Shown here: piece after piece, positions 8,445 through 17,453 of the stretch
Position numbering within the stretch: the stretch's first letter is position 1
Layout of the letters: each line of letters opens with the position of its first letter
NCBI GenBank assembly: GCA_046566985.1
Contig: JBKICT010000006.1
Span: 238,353 to 302,352, forward strand
Reading direction: 5' to 3'
Source of the DNA: Acidobacteriota bacterium
GTDB lineage: Bacteria > Acidobacteriota > Terriglobia > Terriglobales > Acidobacteriaceae
DNA: 64,000 bases
The notes under the pieces: generated by a model
Seen by the model: only the letters and a program-made list of their open reading frames with translations
Told to the model about the DNA's origin: nothing
Databases searched by the model: none
Position numbers and translations under genes: made by a program

Positions 8445-10241
8445 CTAATGCCCTCCCTGCGCCGCCAGTTGCACCGGCTGGACGGCAGCGAGGGGAATCT
8501 CCAGCGTGCCGACTTTGCGCGAGTGCTGGTCGTAGACGCCGGTCCGAAGCCAGTAATTGCCTTTCGGCGTGGCGATCTGGGCGTGCAGTTGGACGCCGCG
8601 CGTCTGGAACACGGGATAGACATCCGGTTTGATGTCGAGGCCTATAAGGTGCTCCTCGTGGCTGATGATCTTCCCATAGCGGTCGTAGACCAGAAGGGTT
8701 ATGTTCAGAACGCCGTGATGCACACCGGTGGAATCCAGGCTCAACTTGAGATCCTTGAGGTCGATGGCGAAATCAACGTTGTAGCGCTGATTGGCTTTGT
8801 CCGCTGCGGATGGGCTGGGCGGGAGCGGCGTGATCTTGGCTTCGTAGAGAATCTGGTCGCTCACCGGCATGCCCAGGTCCATGTATGGCAGGAGCGGATC
8901 GACCGCGGCATGGCTCTGCGAGTAAGCCTGCAAGCCCTTTTCGCGTGCCTGGAGCGCGGTGCCGGGCAAGGCGTCGTCAACGGCGTAGTAGCCCTGGCGG
9001 TATGACAATTGGTATTTGCCGCCCGCGACCTTGACGCCGATTTTGCGGTACGCGCCGTTCATGTTGTTATCGCTGGGCGTGTAGGAGATGGTGTAGAAGT
9101 CAGAGGTTTCTTCCTGAATCTTCTTCATCACATCACCCAGGCCGTTGGTGTTCATGAAAGCCTGGCCGCCGGTTTGGTCTGCCAGCACTTTCATGCTCTC
9201 CTGGTCGCCATTGCGCACAGCGTCGTCGGTGGTCAGGATCTGGTTGACCACGGGGCCGGAGGGAGCCATCTCGTTGGGCATCACCGTCGCGGCGTCATAC
9301 AGACTGTTGGTTTGGAGACCGCGCGCATCCACGGGATAAATGGCCACGCGGGCGGCGGAGAGCTTGTCCATGGTCTGGCGGACCGCGGCATCCACGCTGG
9401 GATTCTCCTGCCCGGCGGCTGCGCCGGGCGAGGTGAGGAAGCCGGCTGGCACGCTTTCCGCAAACCAGATGACGTTTTTGCGGCCCGGGAATCCGTTGAG
9501 AAATGCGGCCAGGCGGTCGAGATTCGCAAGGGTGCGGAAGTAGCGGTCGAATCCGCGCGAGCTGGTGTTTTCAGCCAGAAATTGCTGCAGGGCCGCAACC
9601 ATGTCTCCTGAGGCCGCCGTGCCTCCGTTGGATCCCGGGACGCTCTGGTTCATCATGCCGACAAGATTCGCCTCGTTGTTGGATTCGGCCTGCCCTTTGA
9701 GCATCACCGACTCCTGCACGCTGTTGTTCTTCTTGTTTTTGATCGCGGCGACGAGGACCGCCGGGTCGCTGGTGAACCCCTGGATGAAGTGCAGTCCCAG
9801 ATCCATGGTGAAGATGGCGGTCTGCGTGCCGGGCTTGGCGTTCTCCAGAAACTTGACGGCCTGCGAGTGGACCCAGCTCTGCTTGTCCATGGTGGTGTTG
9901 AGGGAGTCGAGCAGGACGATATTGACGGCTGGCGGCAGAGGGTAGGCCGAAAAGTTGGAAAAGACGTTCTGCGGCAATTTGGGAGTGGCCACGGGGCCGA
10001 CAGGCTCCACGCCGTGATGCTCCTCAAAGTACGTGAGGGGCTGGGGCTTTCCCTGTTCGGTGACGCTGAAGGCGCTCTGGGGCAGGTCCTTCACGGGCTT
10101 CCCGTCCTTGGTGACGATCACGTCCAGGACGACGGCGCGGCTGGTGACGCGAAGGGTTGGTTCCTGGGTCGTGGCGTTTTGGGCGGAGGCCGAGGCGGCG
10201 CAACCTGCGATCAGAAGCAAAGTCCAGAGACGAGTTTTCAT
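8445..10241 (-). CDS. Secreted VWA domain protein, acidobacterial type (paralog 2)
   Basis: Same motif series as 6488-8347 (RAVVLDVIVT, VLLDSLNT, PGRKNVIWFA, LADQTGGQAF, RQGYYA); signal peptide. Confidence 0.85.
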   Translation of the reverse strand: MKTRLWTLLLIAGCAASASAQNATTQEPTLRVTSRAVVLDVIVTKDGKPVKDLPQSAFSVTEQGKPQPLTYFEEHHGVEPVGPVATPKLPQNVFSNFSAYPLPPAVNIVLLDSLNTTMDKQSWVHSQAVKFLENAKPGTQTAIFTMDLGLHFIQGFTSDPAVLVAAIKNKKNNSVQESVMLKGQAESNNEANLVGMMNQSVPGSNGGTAASGDMVAALQQFLAENTSSRGFDRYFRTLANLDRLAAFLNGFPGRKNVIWFAESVPAGFLTSPGAAAGQENPSVDAAVRQTMDKLSAARVAIYPVDARGLQTNSLYDAATVMPNEMAPSGPVVNQILTTDDAVRNGDQESMKVLADQTGGQAFMNTNGLGDVMKKIQEETSDFYTISYTPSDNNMNGAYRKIGVKVAGGKYQLSYRQGYYAVDDALPGTALQAREKGLQAYSQSHAAVDPLLPYMDLGMPVSDQILYEAKITPLPPSPSAADKANQRYNVDFAIDLKDLKLSLDSTGVHHGVLNITLLVYDRYGKIISHEEHLIGLDIKPDVYPVFQTRGVQLHAQIATPKGNYWLRTGVYDQHSRKVGTLEIPLAAVQPVQLAAQGGH

Positions 10242-10462
10242 TGACCCTCTTTTTGGAGTCCCAGCAAGGCTAAAGGATCGGCGCTGGCGGAGTAGTCCCT
10301 CTTCATTCGACCCGGAGCAGTGGGAGAAAGTTTCGCTGAAGAGGGATCGGGGCTGAAATTTTCGGACAAGGGGAAGCTGAATCTCCTGGATCGCCGCGGC
10401 GAGCCTTGCCAGGCTGGGCGATGTGCTTTAGATCGCGCGGGTAGGGGCTTCGGGCAAACGCC

Positions 10463-10478
10463 TGTGATAGCGCTCACA
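10463..10478. promoter_or_regulatory. Perfect CRP/FNR-family box TGTGA-N6-TCACA upstream of the hydrogenase operon
   Basis: TGTGA-TAGCGC-TCACA (10/10). A TACCGT -10-like hexamer at 10501-10506 puts the box centre near -42 (class II geometry). A weaker copy TGTGC-TTTAGA-TCGCG is at 10422-10437. Confidence 0.75.
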
Positions 10479-10593
10479 GCCGGTCGTATTGAAAACGTCC
10501 TACCGTCGCAAGCGTCATCCGGCAAGAACGCGGGCTGCGGGTCGCGCGAGCATCCTGCTGCAGCCAATGCCGGGCAGCAAGCGAGGGGCAAGC

Positions 10594-11679
10594 ATGGCAA
10601 CCGTTTGGCAATCGATGCAGCAGAAGGGCTACAGCCGCAGGGAATTCATGCAGTTCTGCGGTGTTGCGGCGGCCGCCGCCGGGTTGGGCAAATCCGGCGT
10701 GGCGCAGGTCGTCTCCGCCTTTGAGAAAAAGGAGAAGCCGCCGGTGGTGTGGCTTCACTTCCAGGAGTGCACGGGGTGCAGCGAGTCGTTCATCCGCGCT
10801 TCGCACCCCATCGTGGCCGACGCGCTGCTGGACACGATTTCGCTGAACTATACCGAGACGCTGATGGCGCCTAGCGGCACCCATGCCGAGAAGAGCCTGA
10901 CCGACACAGTCCGCGACCACAAAGGCAAGTACATTTTGCTGGTGGAAGGCGCGGTGCCGACCAAGGACAAGGGCGTCTACTGCATGATCGGCGGCCGGAC
11001 CGCGGAGCAGCGGCTGAAGGAAGTGGCGGCCGATGCGGCCGCCGTGGTGGCATGGGGCAGTTGCGCGTCGAATGGCGGCGTGCAGGCAGCCAAGCCCAAT
11101 CCTACCGGCGCGGTCGCGGTGCACGAGATCGTCGACAAGCCGGTGGTCAACGTGCCCGGCTGCCCGCCGATCGCGGACGTGATGATGGGCGTGGTGACGC
11201 ACCTGCTGGTGCTCGGGCAGATTCCGGCGCTGGATTCGCTGGGACGTCCGAAGGAGTTCTACGGGCGGCGGGTGCACGATACCTGCTATCGCCGGCCCAA
11301 TTACGACGCCGGCCTGTTCGTCGAATCCTGGGACGACGAGAACGCGCGCAAGGGATATTGCCTGTACAAGATGGGCTGCCGCGGACCGGTGACCTACAAT
11401 GCCTGCTCGGTAACGGGCTGGAACGAGGGCGTGAGCTCTCCCATCCGCTCGGGACATGGCTGCATCGGCTGCAGCGAAGCCGGCTTCTGGGACAACGGCC
11501 CCTTCTATCAGCACCTGGCCTCGTTCCCGGGCTTTGGCATCGAGAGCACGGCGGACACGGTGGGGACAGCGGTAGCGCTGACCACCATCGCCGGCGTCGC
11601 CGCGCATGCCGTGGTTACCAATATCCGCAAGCACAAAGTGATTGCAGAAGTTCACGCCGAAGAGCAGAAGGAATCGTGA
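10594..11679 (+). CDS. hyaA: [NiFe]-hydrogenase small subunit, Tat-exported, membrane-anchored
   Basis: Tat motif SRREFMQF; proximal ligands ECTGCS, GSCA, GCPP; distal H..CYRR, CLYKMGC; medial NAC..SPIRSGHGCIGC; C-terminal TM helix. Start moved to MATVW. Confidence 0.95.
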   Translation: MATVWQSMQQKGYSRREFMQFCGVAAAAAGLGKSGVAQVVSAFEKKEKPPVVWLHFQECTGCSESFIRASHPIVADALLDTISLNYTETLMAPSGTHAEKSLTDTVRDHKGKYILLVEGAVPTKDKGVYCMIGGRTAEQRLKEVAADAAAVVAWGSCASNGGVQAAKPNPTGAVAVHEIVDKPVVNVPGCPPIADVMMGVVTHLLVLGQIPALDSLGRPKEFYGRRVHDTCYRRPNYDAGLFVESWDDENARKGYCLYKMGCRGPVTYNACSVTGWNEGVSSPIRSGHGCIGCSEAGFWDNGPFYQHLASFPGFGIESTADTVGTAVALTTIAGVAAHAVVTNIRKHKVIAEVHAEEQKES

Positions 11680-11685
11680 GGAGCC

Positions 11686-13401
11686 ATGGCGACACGAATC
11701 GTTGTTGATCCCGTTACCCGAATTGAAGGCCATCTGCGCATTGAGGCGGTGGTCGAGAATGGCGTCATCACCGACGCGTACAGCGCCGGCACCATGGTGC
11801 GCGGCCTGGAGAAGATCCTCATCGGCCGCGACCCGCGCGACGCCTGGGCGATCACCGAACGCGTGTGCGGCGTGTGCACCACGGTGCATGCGCTGGCCAG
11901 CGTGCGCGCCGTGGAAGATGCGCTGGGCATCAGCGTTCCCCCGACGGCGGAGCTGGTGCGCAACATCATGTCGACCACGCAGTTCGTGCAGGATCACGTG
12001 ATCCACTTCTACCATCTGCACGCGCTGGACTGGGTGGACGTGGTGAACGCGCTGAAGGCCGATCCCAAGAAGGCCGCGGAGATCGCGCAATCCTACTCCA
12101 AGTGGGACAAGAACACTCCGGCGTACTTCAGCGCGGTGCAGGACAAGATCAAGGTGTTTGCAAACAGCGGGCTGGGCATCTTTGCCAACGGCTACTGGGG
12201 CCATCCGCAGTACAAGCTGCCGCCGGAAGTCAACCTGATCGGCGTGGCGCATTATCTGGACGCGCTGGAGTGGCAGAAGGAGATCGTCAAGATCCACGCG
12301 GTGTTCGGCGGCAAGAATCCGCACCCGAACTACCTGGTGGGCGGCGTTCCCTGCTCCATCGACGTGGACGAGGTGGCGGCGATCAACAGCGACCGGCTGA
12401 ACCTGGTTTCAAGGCTGGTTTCGCAGGCCGATGAGTTCGTGAACAACGTGTACGTTCCCGATTTGCTGGCCGTGGCCTCGTTCTACAAGGACTGGGCGGG
12501 ATACGGCGGCGGCCTGAAGAATTATCTGAGCTACGGCGACTTCCCGACCAAGGGCTACAACAATCCGGGATCGTTCAAATACGTGCGCGGCGCCGTGCTG
12601 GGCCGCGATCTCAGCCACGTCTATCCGGTGAATGCCAAGGATACGCAGGAGATCAAGGAGTACATCGCGCACTCCTGGTACAGCTACGAAGAGGGTGATT
12701 CCACGGGCGTGCATCCCTGGGCGGGCGAGACGAAGATCAACTACACCGGGCCGCAGCCGCCGTTCGAAACGCTCGCTGGGTACGACAAGTACTCGTTCCT
12801 GAAGACGCCGCGGTGGAAGGATAACGCAATGGAAGTGGGCCCGCTGGCGCGGCTGGTGGTGAGCTACGCAGCCGGGCAGCAGGACGTGAAGGAGCTGGTC
12901 AACACGGTGCTCGGACGCCTGAAGGTGCCGGTGGATGCGCTCTTCTCCACGCTGGGCCGCACGGCGGCACGCGGCATCGATGCGGCGCTGACCATGCAGT
13001 GGCTGAAGGAGTTCAACAGCGAGTTGCTGGAGCGCGTGAAGACCCGCGAAGTGGCTACTTTCAACAATGAGAGATGGGATCCGAAGACCTGGCCGAAGGA
13101 GTGCGAAGGCGTGGGCCTGGTGGAGGCGCCGCGCGGCTCGCTGGCGCACTTCATAAAGATCAAGAACGGCGCCATCGCCAACTACCAGCTCGTGGTGCCG
13201 ACCACCTGGAACGGCTCGCCGCGGGATGCAAAGGCGCAGCGCTCGGCCTTCGAGGAATCGCTGATCGGCACACCGGTGGCGAAGCTCGATGAGCCCGTGG
13301 AGATTCTGCGCACCATCCACTCCTTTGACCCGTGCATCGCCTGCGCCGTGCATCTGTACGATCCGCAGGGACGGCACCTCAACAAAGTTTCCTTCGAGTG
13401 A
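11686..13401 (+). CDS. hyaB: [NiFe]-hydrogenase large subunit (group 1)
   Basis: L1 motif ERVCGVCTTVH; L2 motif SFDPCIACAVH followed by a 15-aa cleavable tail; GGKNPHPN present. Confidence 0.97.
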   Translation: MATRIVVDPVTRIEGHLRIEAVVENGVITDAYSAGTMVRGLEKILIGRDPRDAWAITERVCGVCTTVHALASVRAVEDALGISVPPTAELVRNIMSTTQFVQDHVIHFYHLHALDWVDVVNALKADPKKAAEIAQSYSKWDKNTPAYFSAVQDKIKVFANSGLGIFANGYWGHPQYKLPPEVNLIGVAHYLDALEWQKEIVKIHAVFGGKNPHPNYLVGGVPCSIDVDEVAAINSDRLNLVSRLVSQADEFVNNVYVPDLLAVASFYKDWAGYGGGLKNYLSYGDFPTKGYNNPGSFKYVRGAVLGRDLSHVYPVNAKDTQEIKEYIAHSWYSYEEGDSTGVHPWAGETKINYTGPQPPFETLAGYDKYSFLKTPRWKDNAMEVGPLARLVVSYAAGQQDVKELVNTVLGRLKVPVDALFSTLGRTAARGIDAALTMQWLKEFNSELLERVKTREVATFNNERWDPKTWPKECEGVGLVEAPRGSLAHFIKIKNGAIANYQLVVPTTWNGSPRDAKAQRSAFEESLIGTPVAKLDEPVEILRTIHSFDPCIACAVHLYDPQGRHLNKVSFE

Positions 13402-13406
13402 GCGCC

Positions 13407-14126
13407 ATGAGCACGTCATCCTCATCGATTCCCGGCAACCCTGCGGTTCCACACGCGGTGGAGTACTGCCGCGTCTATGTATGGGAACTGCCCGTACGGC
13501 TCTATCACTGGATCAACGCGCTCGCCCTCGTGGTGCTGATCGTCACCGGGTACTTGATCGGGGCGCCGCAGCGCATCTTTTACGCAAGCGAGGCGTACCA
13601 GCAGTACTGGTTCGGCTGGGTGCGGTTCCTGCACTTCGTGGCCGCGTACATCTACGTGTTCAACTTCGCATTCCGCATCTACTGGGGATTCGTGGGGAAC
13701 AAGTACGCGCGCTGGAACAACTTCTTCCCGGTGACGAAGAAGCAGCGAGGGGAGATTGCCGACGTCATCAAGACCGATGTGCTGCAGGTCAAGATGCACG
13801 GCGAGATCTCGACCGGGCACAACTCGCTGGCGGCGTTCATCTACTTCCTGACGTTCCTTGCGTTCTGCGCTCAGGCCATTACCGGATTCGCGCTCTACTC
13901 CAGCATGAGCAACTCGTGGATTCCACGCATGTTCACCTGGATCGTTCCGCTGATGGGCGGCGAGATGAGCGTCCGCTACTGGCACCACACACTGATGTGG
14001 TTCTTCGTGGCTTTCATCGTGGTGCACATTTACCTGTCGTTCTACCATGACTACATCGAAGGGCGCGGGACCATCTCTTCGATCGTCGGCGGGTGGAAGT
14101 TCGACAGGGAAAAGCCAAAAGACTAA
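13407..14126 (+). CDS. hyaC: Ni/Fe-hydrogenase b-type cytochrome subunit
   Basis: VWELPVRLYHW, RFLHF, GHNSL, WHHTLMW...HIY heme-ligand His pattern; four TM helices. Confidence 0.93.
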   Translation: MSTSSSSIPGNPAVPHAVEYCRVYVWELPVRLYHWINALALVVLIVTGYLIGAPQRIFYASEAYQQYWFGWVRFLHFVAAYIYVFNFAFRIYWGFVGNKYARWNNFFPVTKKQRGEIADVIKTDVLQVKMHGEISTGHNSLAAFIYFLTFLAFCAQAITGFALYSSMSNSWIPRMFTWIVPLMGGEMSVRYWHHTLMWFFVAFIVVHIYLSFYHDYIEGRGTISSIVGGWKFDREKPKD

Positions 14127-14136
14127 GCAAGACCGG

Positions 14137-14178
14137 GGTGCCCCATCCATTGCGCGACCGTATGGCGCAATGGGTGGG
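14137..14178 (+). repeat. REP-like palindrome between hyaC and the protease gene
   Basis: GGTGCCCCATCCATTGCGC-GACCGTATG-GCGCAATGGGTGGG; same arms as 1251-1282; 10 nt after the hyaC stop. Confidence 0.75.
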
Positions 14179-14243
14179 ATACCTCCGCATTGAACTCTCG
14201 CAAGATATCAGCGGCAACTCCCCGCCGCCTTGGAGGTCGCATC

Positions 14244-14702
14244 ATTTCCAACCAACCGCAGAAGACTCTTGTCCTGGGCCTGGGCAACGTGATCATGGGC
14301 GACGAGGGCGTCGGCGTTCATGTGGTGCGTGCGCTCGCGCAGCGTACTTTGCCGGCCGGAGTGGAGTGCCTCGACGGCGGCACCGGCGGATTCATCCTAT
14401 TGGAGCCGCTGCAGCAGGCCGGGCGCATCATCCTCATCGACGCTACGGCCGACGACCAGCCCTACGGCACCGTGACGCGCACCACGCCGAGGTTCTCCAC
14501 GGATTACCCGCCGACGCTCACCGCGCACGACATCGGCGTCAAGGACCTGCTCGACGCCTTTTACATGCAGGGCGGCTCGCGCGATGTGGTTCTGTATGCC
14601 ATCACCATCGATCCGCGGCAACCGATCTCGATGGAGTTGAGCGAGGCTTGCATAGCGGCGCGGGATGAGGCGGTGCGACGGATCGTGGCAGAGCTAGGCT
14701 GA
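14244..14702 (+). CDS. hyaD: Hydrogenase maturation protease (HyaD/HybD family); start uncertain (ATT 14244 or TTG 14190)
   Basis: LVLGLGNVIMGDEGVGVHV, LDGGT, IILIDA, TAHDIG motifs. No in-frame ATG upstream of the conserved core; GGAGG lies 7 nt before an in-frame ATT. Confidence 0.88.
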   Translation: MSNQPQKTLVLGLGNVIMGDEGVGVHVVRALAQRTLPAGVECLDGGTGGFILLEPLQQAGRIILIDATADDQPYGTVTRTTPRFSTDYPPTLTAHDIGVKDLLDAFYMQGGSRDVVLYAITIDPRQPISMELSEACIAARDEAVRRIVAELG

Positions 14703-16070
14703 TTTCGACTTTGCCGGAGGATTGACCGGCTGTACGCGAACCTTGCTGATCCGCCTGCCATCCATCTCAACGATCGTGAGGCGGCGGTCTTCAAACTCCA
14801 CCGATTCGCCGGCAACCGGGATGTGCCCGAGGCGATAGAGCAAGAACCCGGCCAGAGTTTCCACTCCGCCATCGCGCGGCAGGTTCCATTTCATCTGCGT
14901 CTCCAGGTCCCGCAGGTTCACGCTGCCATCGAGCAGCAGCACTCCCTTGGCGTCGACGATCAGCGGCCGCGTGGGATCGTCGAACTCGTCTTCGATCTCG
15001 CCGGTCAGTTGCTCGATGGCGTCTTCCGCCGTGACCAGCCCGACCGTGGAGCCGTACTCGTCCACGACGATGGCAAGATGCCGGTGGCGTTGCTGGAACT
15101 CGCGCAGCAGATCGAGCACGGATTTTGTCTCCGGGACAACCAGCACGTCGCGCATGATCTGGCTGACGCGCAGTTCCGCAAAGGGCGTGGCGGGCGCGCG
15201 CGGCGAGCGGCGGAAGAACATGAGCCGCGAAAGGTCTTTGGAATAGACGACGCCAACGATGTGCTCGGGCCCGCGCGTTTCGTCATAGACGGGCACGCGG
15301 GAGTGGAGCATCTCAATGACCTTGGCGCTGGCCTCCTCGATGCGCATGCTGGACGGCAGAGAAACAATGCGCTGGCGCGGCGTCATAATCTCGCGCACCG
15401 GCACATCGTCGAGTTCCAAGGCGCGGTGCACCAGCGACTCCTGAAATGGAAACAACACGCCCATGCGCCGCGCGGCGGTGGCGAGCATCTTGAGTTCCTC
15501 GGGCGAATGAACCGACGCCTGCTCGGTGACGGGGATATCGAAGCCGCGCAACACCACCGCAGCGGAGCGGCTGAGCAGGCGCACGGCGGGACGCGCCAGC
15601 TTCATAAAGAGCAGCATGGGCGGCGCCACTGCGACGGCGAGAGCTTCCTTGCGGCGAAGGGCCAGCGTCTTGGGGACCAGCTCGCCCAGAACCACTTCGA
15701 AATAGGTGATGGCGCAGAACCCCAGCACCAGCGAGGCGATGGCAACGGCGTGGGCGTAGAGCCGGGGATGAGCAAGATCGTGTGGGAAGAGCTCGATGCC
15801 CGACAGAAAGATGCGCGCCACCAGCGGCTCGCCGATCCAGCCGAGGGCCAGCGAGCACAGGGTTACGCCAAGCTGAACGGCAGGCAGGAAATCGGCGAGC
15901 TGGTAGTGCAGGCGGCGCACGGCGCGCGCGCCGGGCACGTTGGCGGCCAGCATCTGCTCGATCCGGGTGTCGCGAATGGAGACAAGTGCGAACTCCGCCG
16001 CCACAAAAAAGCCGTTGGCCAGAATCAGCATGGCGACGGCGATAACCTGCAACAGCACCAGCCCTTGCAT
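14694..16070 (-). CDS. Hemolysin-like HlyC/CorC (CNNM) family transporter: DUF21 + CBS pair + CorC domain
   Basis: NGFFVAAEFALVS, VQLGVT, GELVPK, VREIMTPR, HSRVPVY, AIVVDEYG..GLVTAED, ETLAG. Confidence 0.92.
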   Translation of the reverse strand: MQGLVLLQVIAVAMLILANGFFVAAEFALVSIRDTRIEQMLAANVPGARAVRRLHYQLADFLPAVQLGVTLCSLALGWIGEPLVARIFLSGIELFPHDLAHPRLYAHAVAIASLVLGFCAITYFEVVLGELVPKTLALRRKEALAVAVAPPMLLFMKLARPAVRLLSRSAAVVLRGFDIPVTEQASVHSPEELKMLATAARRMGVLFPFQESLVHRALELDDVPVREIMTPRQRIVSLPSSMRIEEASAKVIEMLHSRVPVYDETRGPEHIVGVVYSKDLSRLMFFRRSPRAPATPFAELRVSQIMRDVLVVPETKSVLDLLREFQQRHRHLAIVVDEYGSTVGLVTAEDAIEQLTGEIEDEFDDPTRPLIVDAKGVLLLDGSVNLRDLETQMKWNLPRDGGVETLAGFLLYRLGHIPVAGESVEFEDRRLTIVEMDGRRISKVRVQPVNPPAKSKSA

Positions 16071-16243
16071 CTCGCTGTGAGCATAGCATTCGGGCCGCCG
16101 CATTTGCGCCTGCCATGCGGGAACCGAGGGCCGATCTTCTGCGTATGGGTGAGCAGACACAAGGTTGACGCGGGTGAGTACCTGCCGTCTAGACGCAGGG
16201 CCTTTCTGGATTGACTGCGGCCTGGGGCCGCGGGAGGTAGGCA

Positions 16244-17446
16244 GTGGCGGCGCGTAAAAGAAGAAGATTATGGATATGGCTACTGGTGGCTGGCGTGCTG
16301 GTGATTGGCGCGGTGGGCGTGGCCCTGGCGCGGATGGCGTCTGGCGGCCGCATCGACCCGAACCGGATCGCGAAGGTCGCCTATGGAGACGTGGCGCGCT
16401 CGGTGGTCGCCACGGGCAAGATTCAGCCGATCACCAAGGTCGAAGTCAAGTCGAAGGCCTCGGGCATTGTGGAGAAGCTGTTCGTGGATATCAACGACCG
16501 CGTGCACAAGGGGCAGGAACTCGCTCAGCTCGATCAGCAGGAGATTCAGGCGCAGGTTGAAGCGCAGCGCGCGGAACTCGCCGCGGCCCAGGCCAACGTG
16601 GGTACCTACCAGGCCAACATCGATCAGGACAAGGTGAATGCGGCGGCGCCCGATCTGCCCATGTATAAACAAACGCTGGACCGCAACCAGCAGATGGCGC
16701 ACGACGGAATCGTAAGCCAGCAGGCGCTGGATAATGCCAACCGCGATTATCTGGCGGCGCTGAACAAACGCGACGCGGCCAAGGCGCAGATTGGCGTGGA
16801 CACGGCGAAGCTGAAGCAGGCACGCGCCCAGGTGCTGCAGGCCCAGGCCAGCCTGAAGCAGCTTGAAGAGCAGCTCAGTTACACAACGATCGTGGCCCCC
16901 ATGGACGGCGTAATCCTGTCGCGCGACGTGGAGAAGGGCGACGCGGTGAGCTCCATTCTGGTGCTGGGCTCGACGGCCACGCTCATCATGACTGAGGGCG
17001 ATATCAACCAGGTTTATGTGCAGGGCAAGGTGGACGAGGCCGACATTGCCCACGTGTACATGCATCAACCGGCGCGCATCAAGGTGGAGAGCTTCCGCGA
17101 TCGCGTCTTCAACGGCAGGGTGACGAAGATTGCGCCCCTCGGCGTGGAGAAGGACAACGTGACCACGTTTGAGGTGCGCGTCTCGATCGATAACCCAGGC
17201 GGCGAACTGAAAGCGAACATGACCGCCAACGCGGAGATCCTGCTGAATGAGCACAAGCACGTGCTCACGATTCCTGAGAATGCCGTGATCTACGACGGCC
17301 AGAAGCATGCTTCGGTTGAGATTCCCGACAAGAGCCAGAAAGACGGCAAGCGCAAGATTCCCGTCACCGTTGGATTGTCCAACGGCAACGTGACGGAGGT
17401 TCTGAGCGGATTGAAGGAAGGCGAGCAGGTGGTGCTGCAGCAGTAA
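16244..17446 (+). CDS. Efflux periplasmic adaptor subunit (MacA-like membrane fusion protein)
   Basis: N-terminal TM; VATGKI.P...VEVKSKASG; coiled-coil hairpin; TIVAPMDGVI; VDEADI; LKANMTA; VGLSNG. Confidence 0.9.
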   Translation: MAARKRRRLWIWLLVAGVLVIGAVGVALARMASGGRIDPNRIAKVAYGDVARSVVATGKIQPITKVEVKSKASGIVEKLFVDINDRVHKGQELAQLDQQEIQAQVEAQRAELAAAQANVGTYQANIDQDKVNAAAPDLPMYKQTLDRNQQMAHDGIVSQQALDNANRDYLAALNKRDAAKAQIGVDTAKLKQARAQVLQAQASLKQLEEQLSYTTIVAPMDGVILSRDVEKGDAVSSILVLGSTATLIMTEGDINQVYVQGKVDEADIAHVYMHQPARIKVESFRDRVFNGRVTKIAPLGVEKDNVTTFEVRVSIDNPGGELKANMTANAEILLNEHKHVLTIPENAVIYDGQKHASVEIPDKSQKDGKRKIPVTVGLSNGNVTEVLSGLKEGEQVVLQQ

Positions 17447-17453
17447 CCAGCGT

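Noticed and set aside
13320-13401. [NiFeSe] hydrogenase or selenocysteine recoding
   Set aside because: The L2 motif is DPCIAC with ordinary Cys codons; no in-frame TGA.
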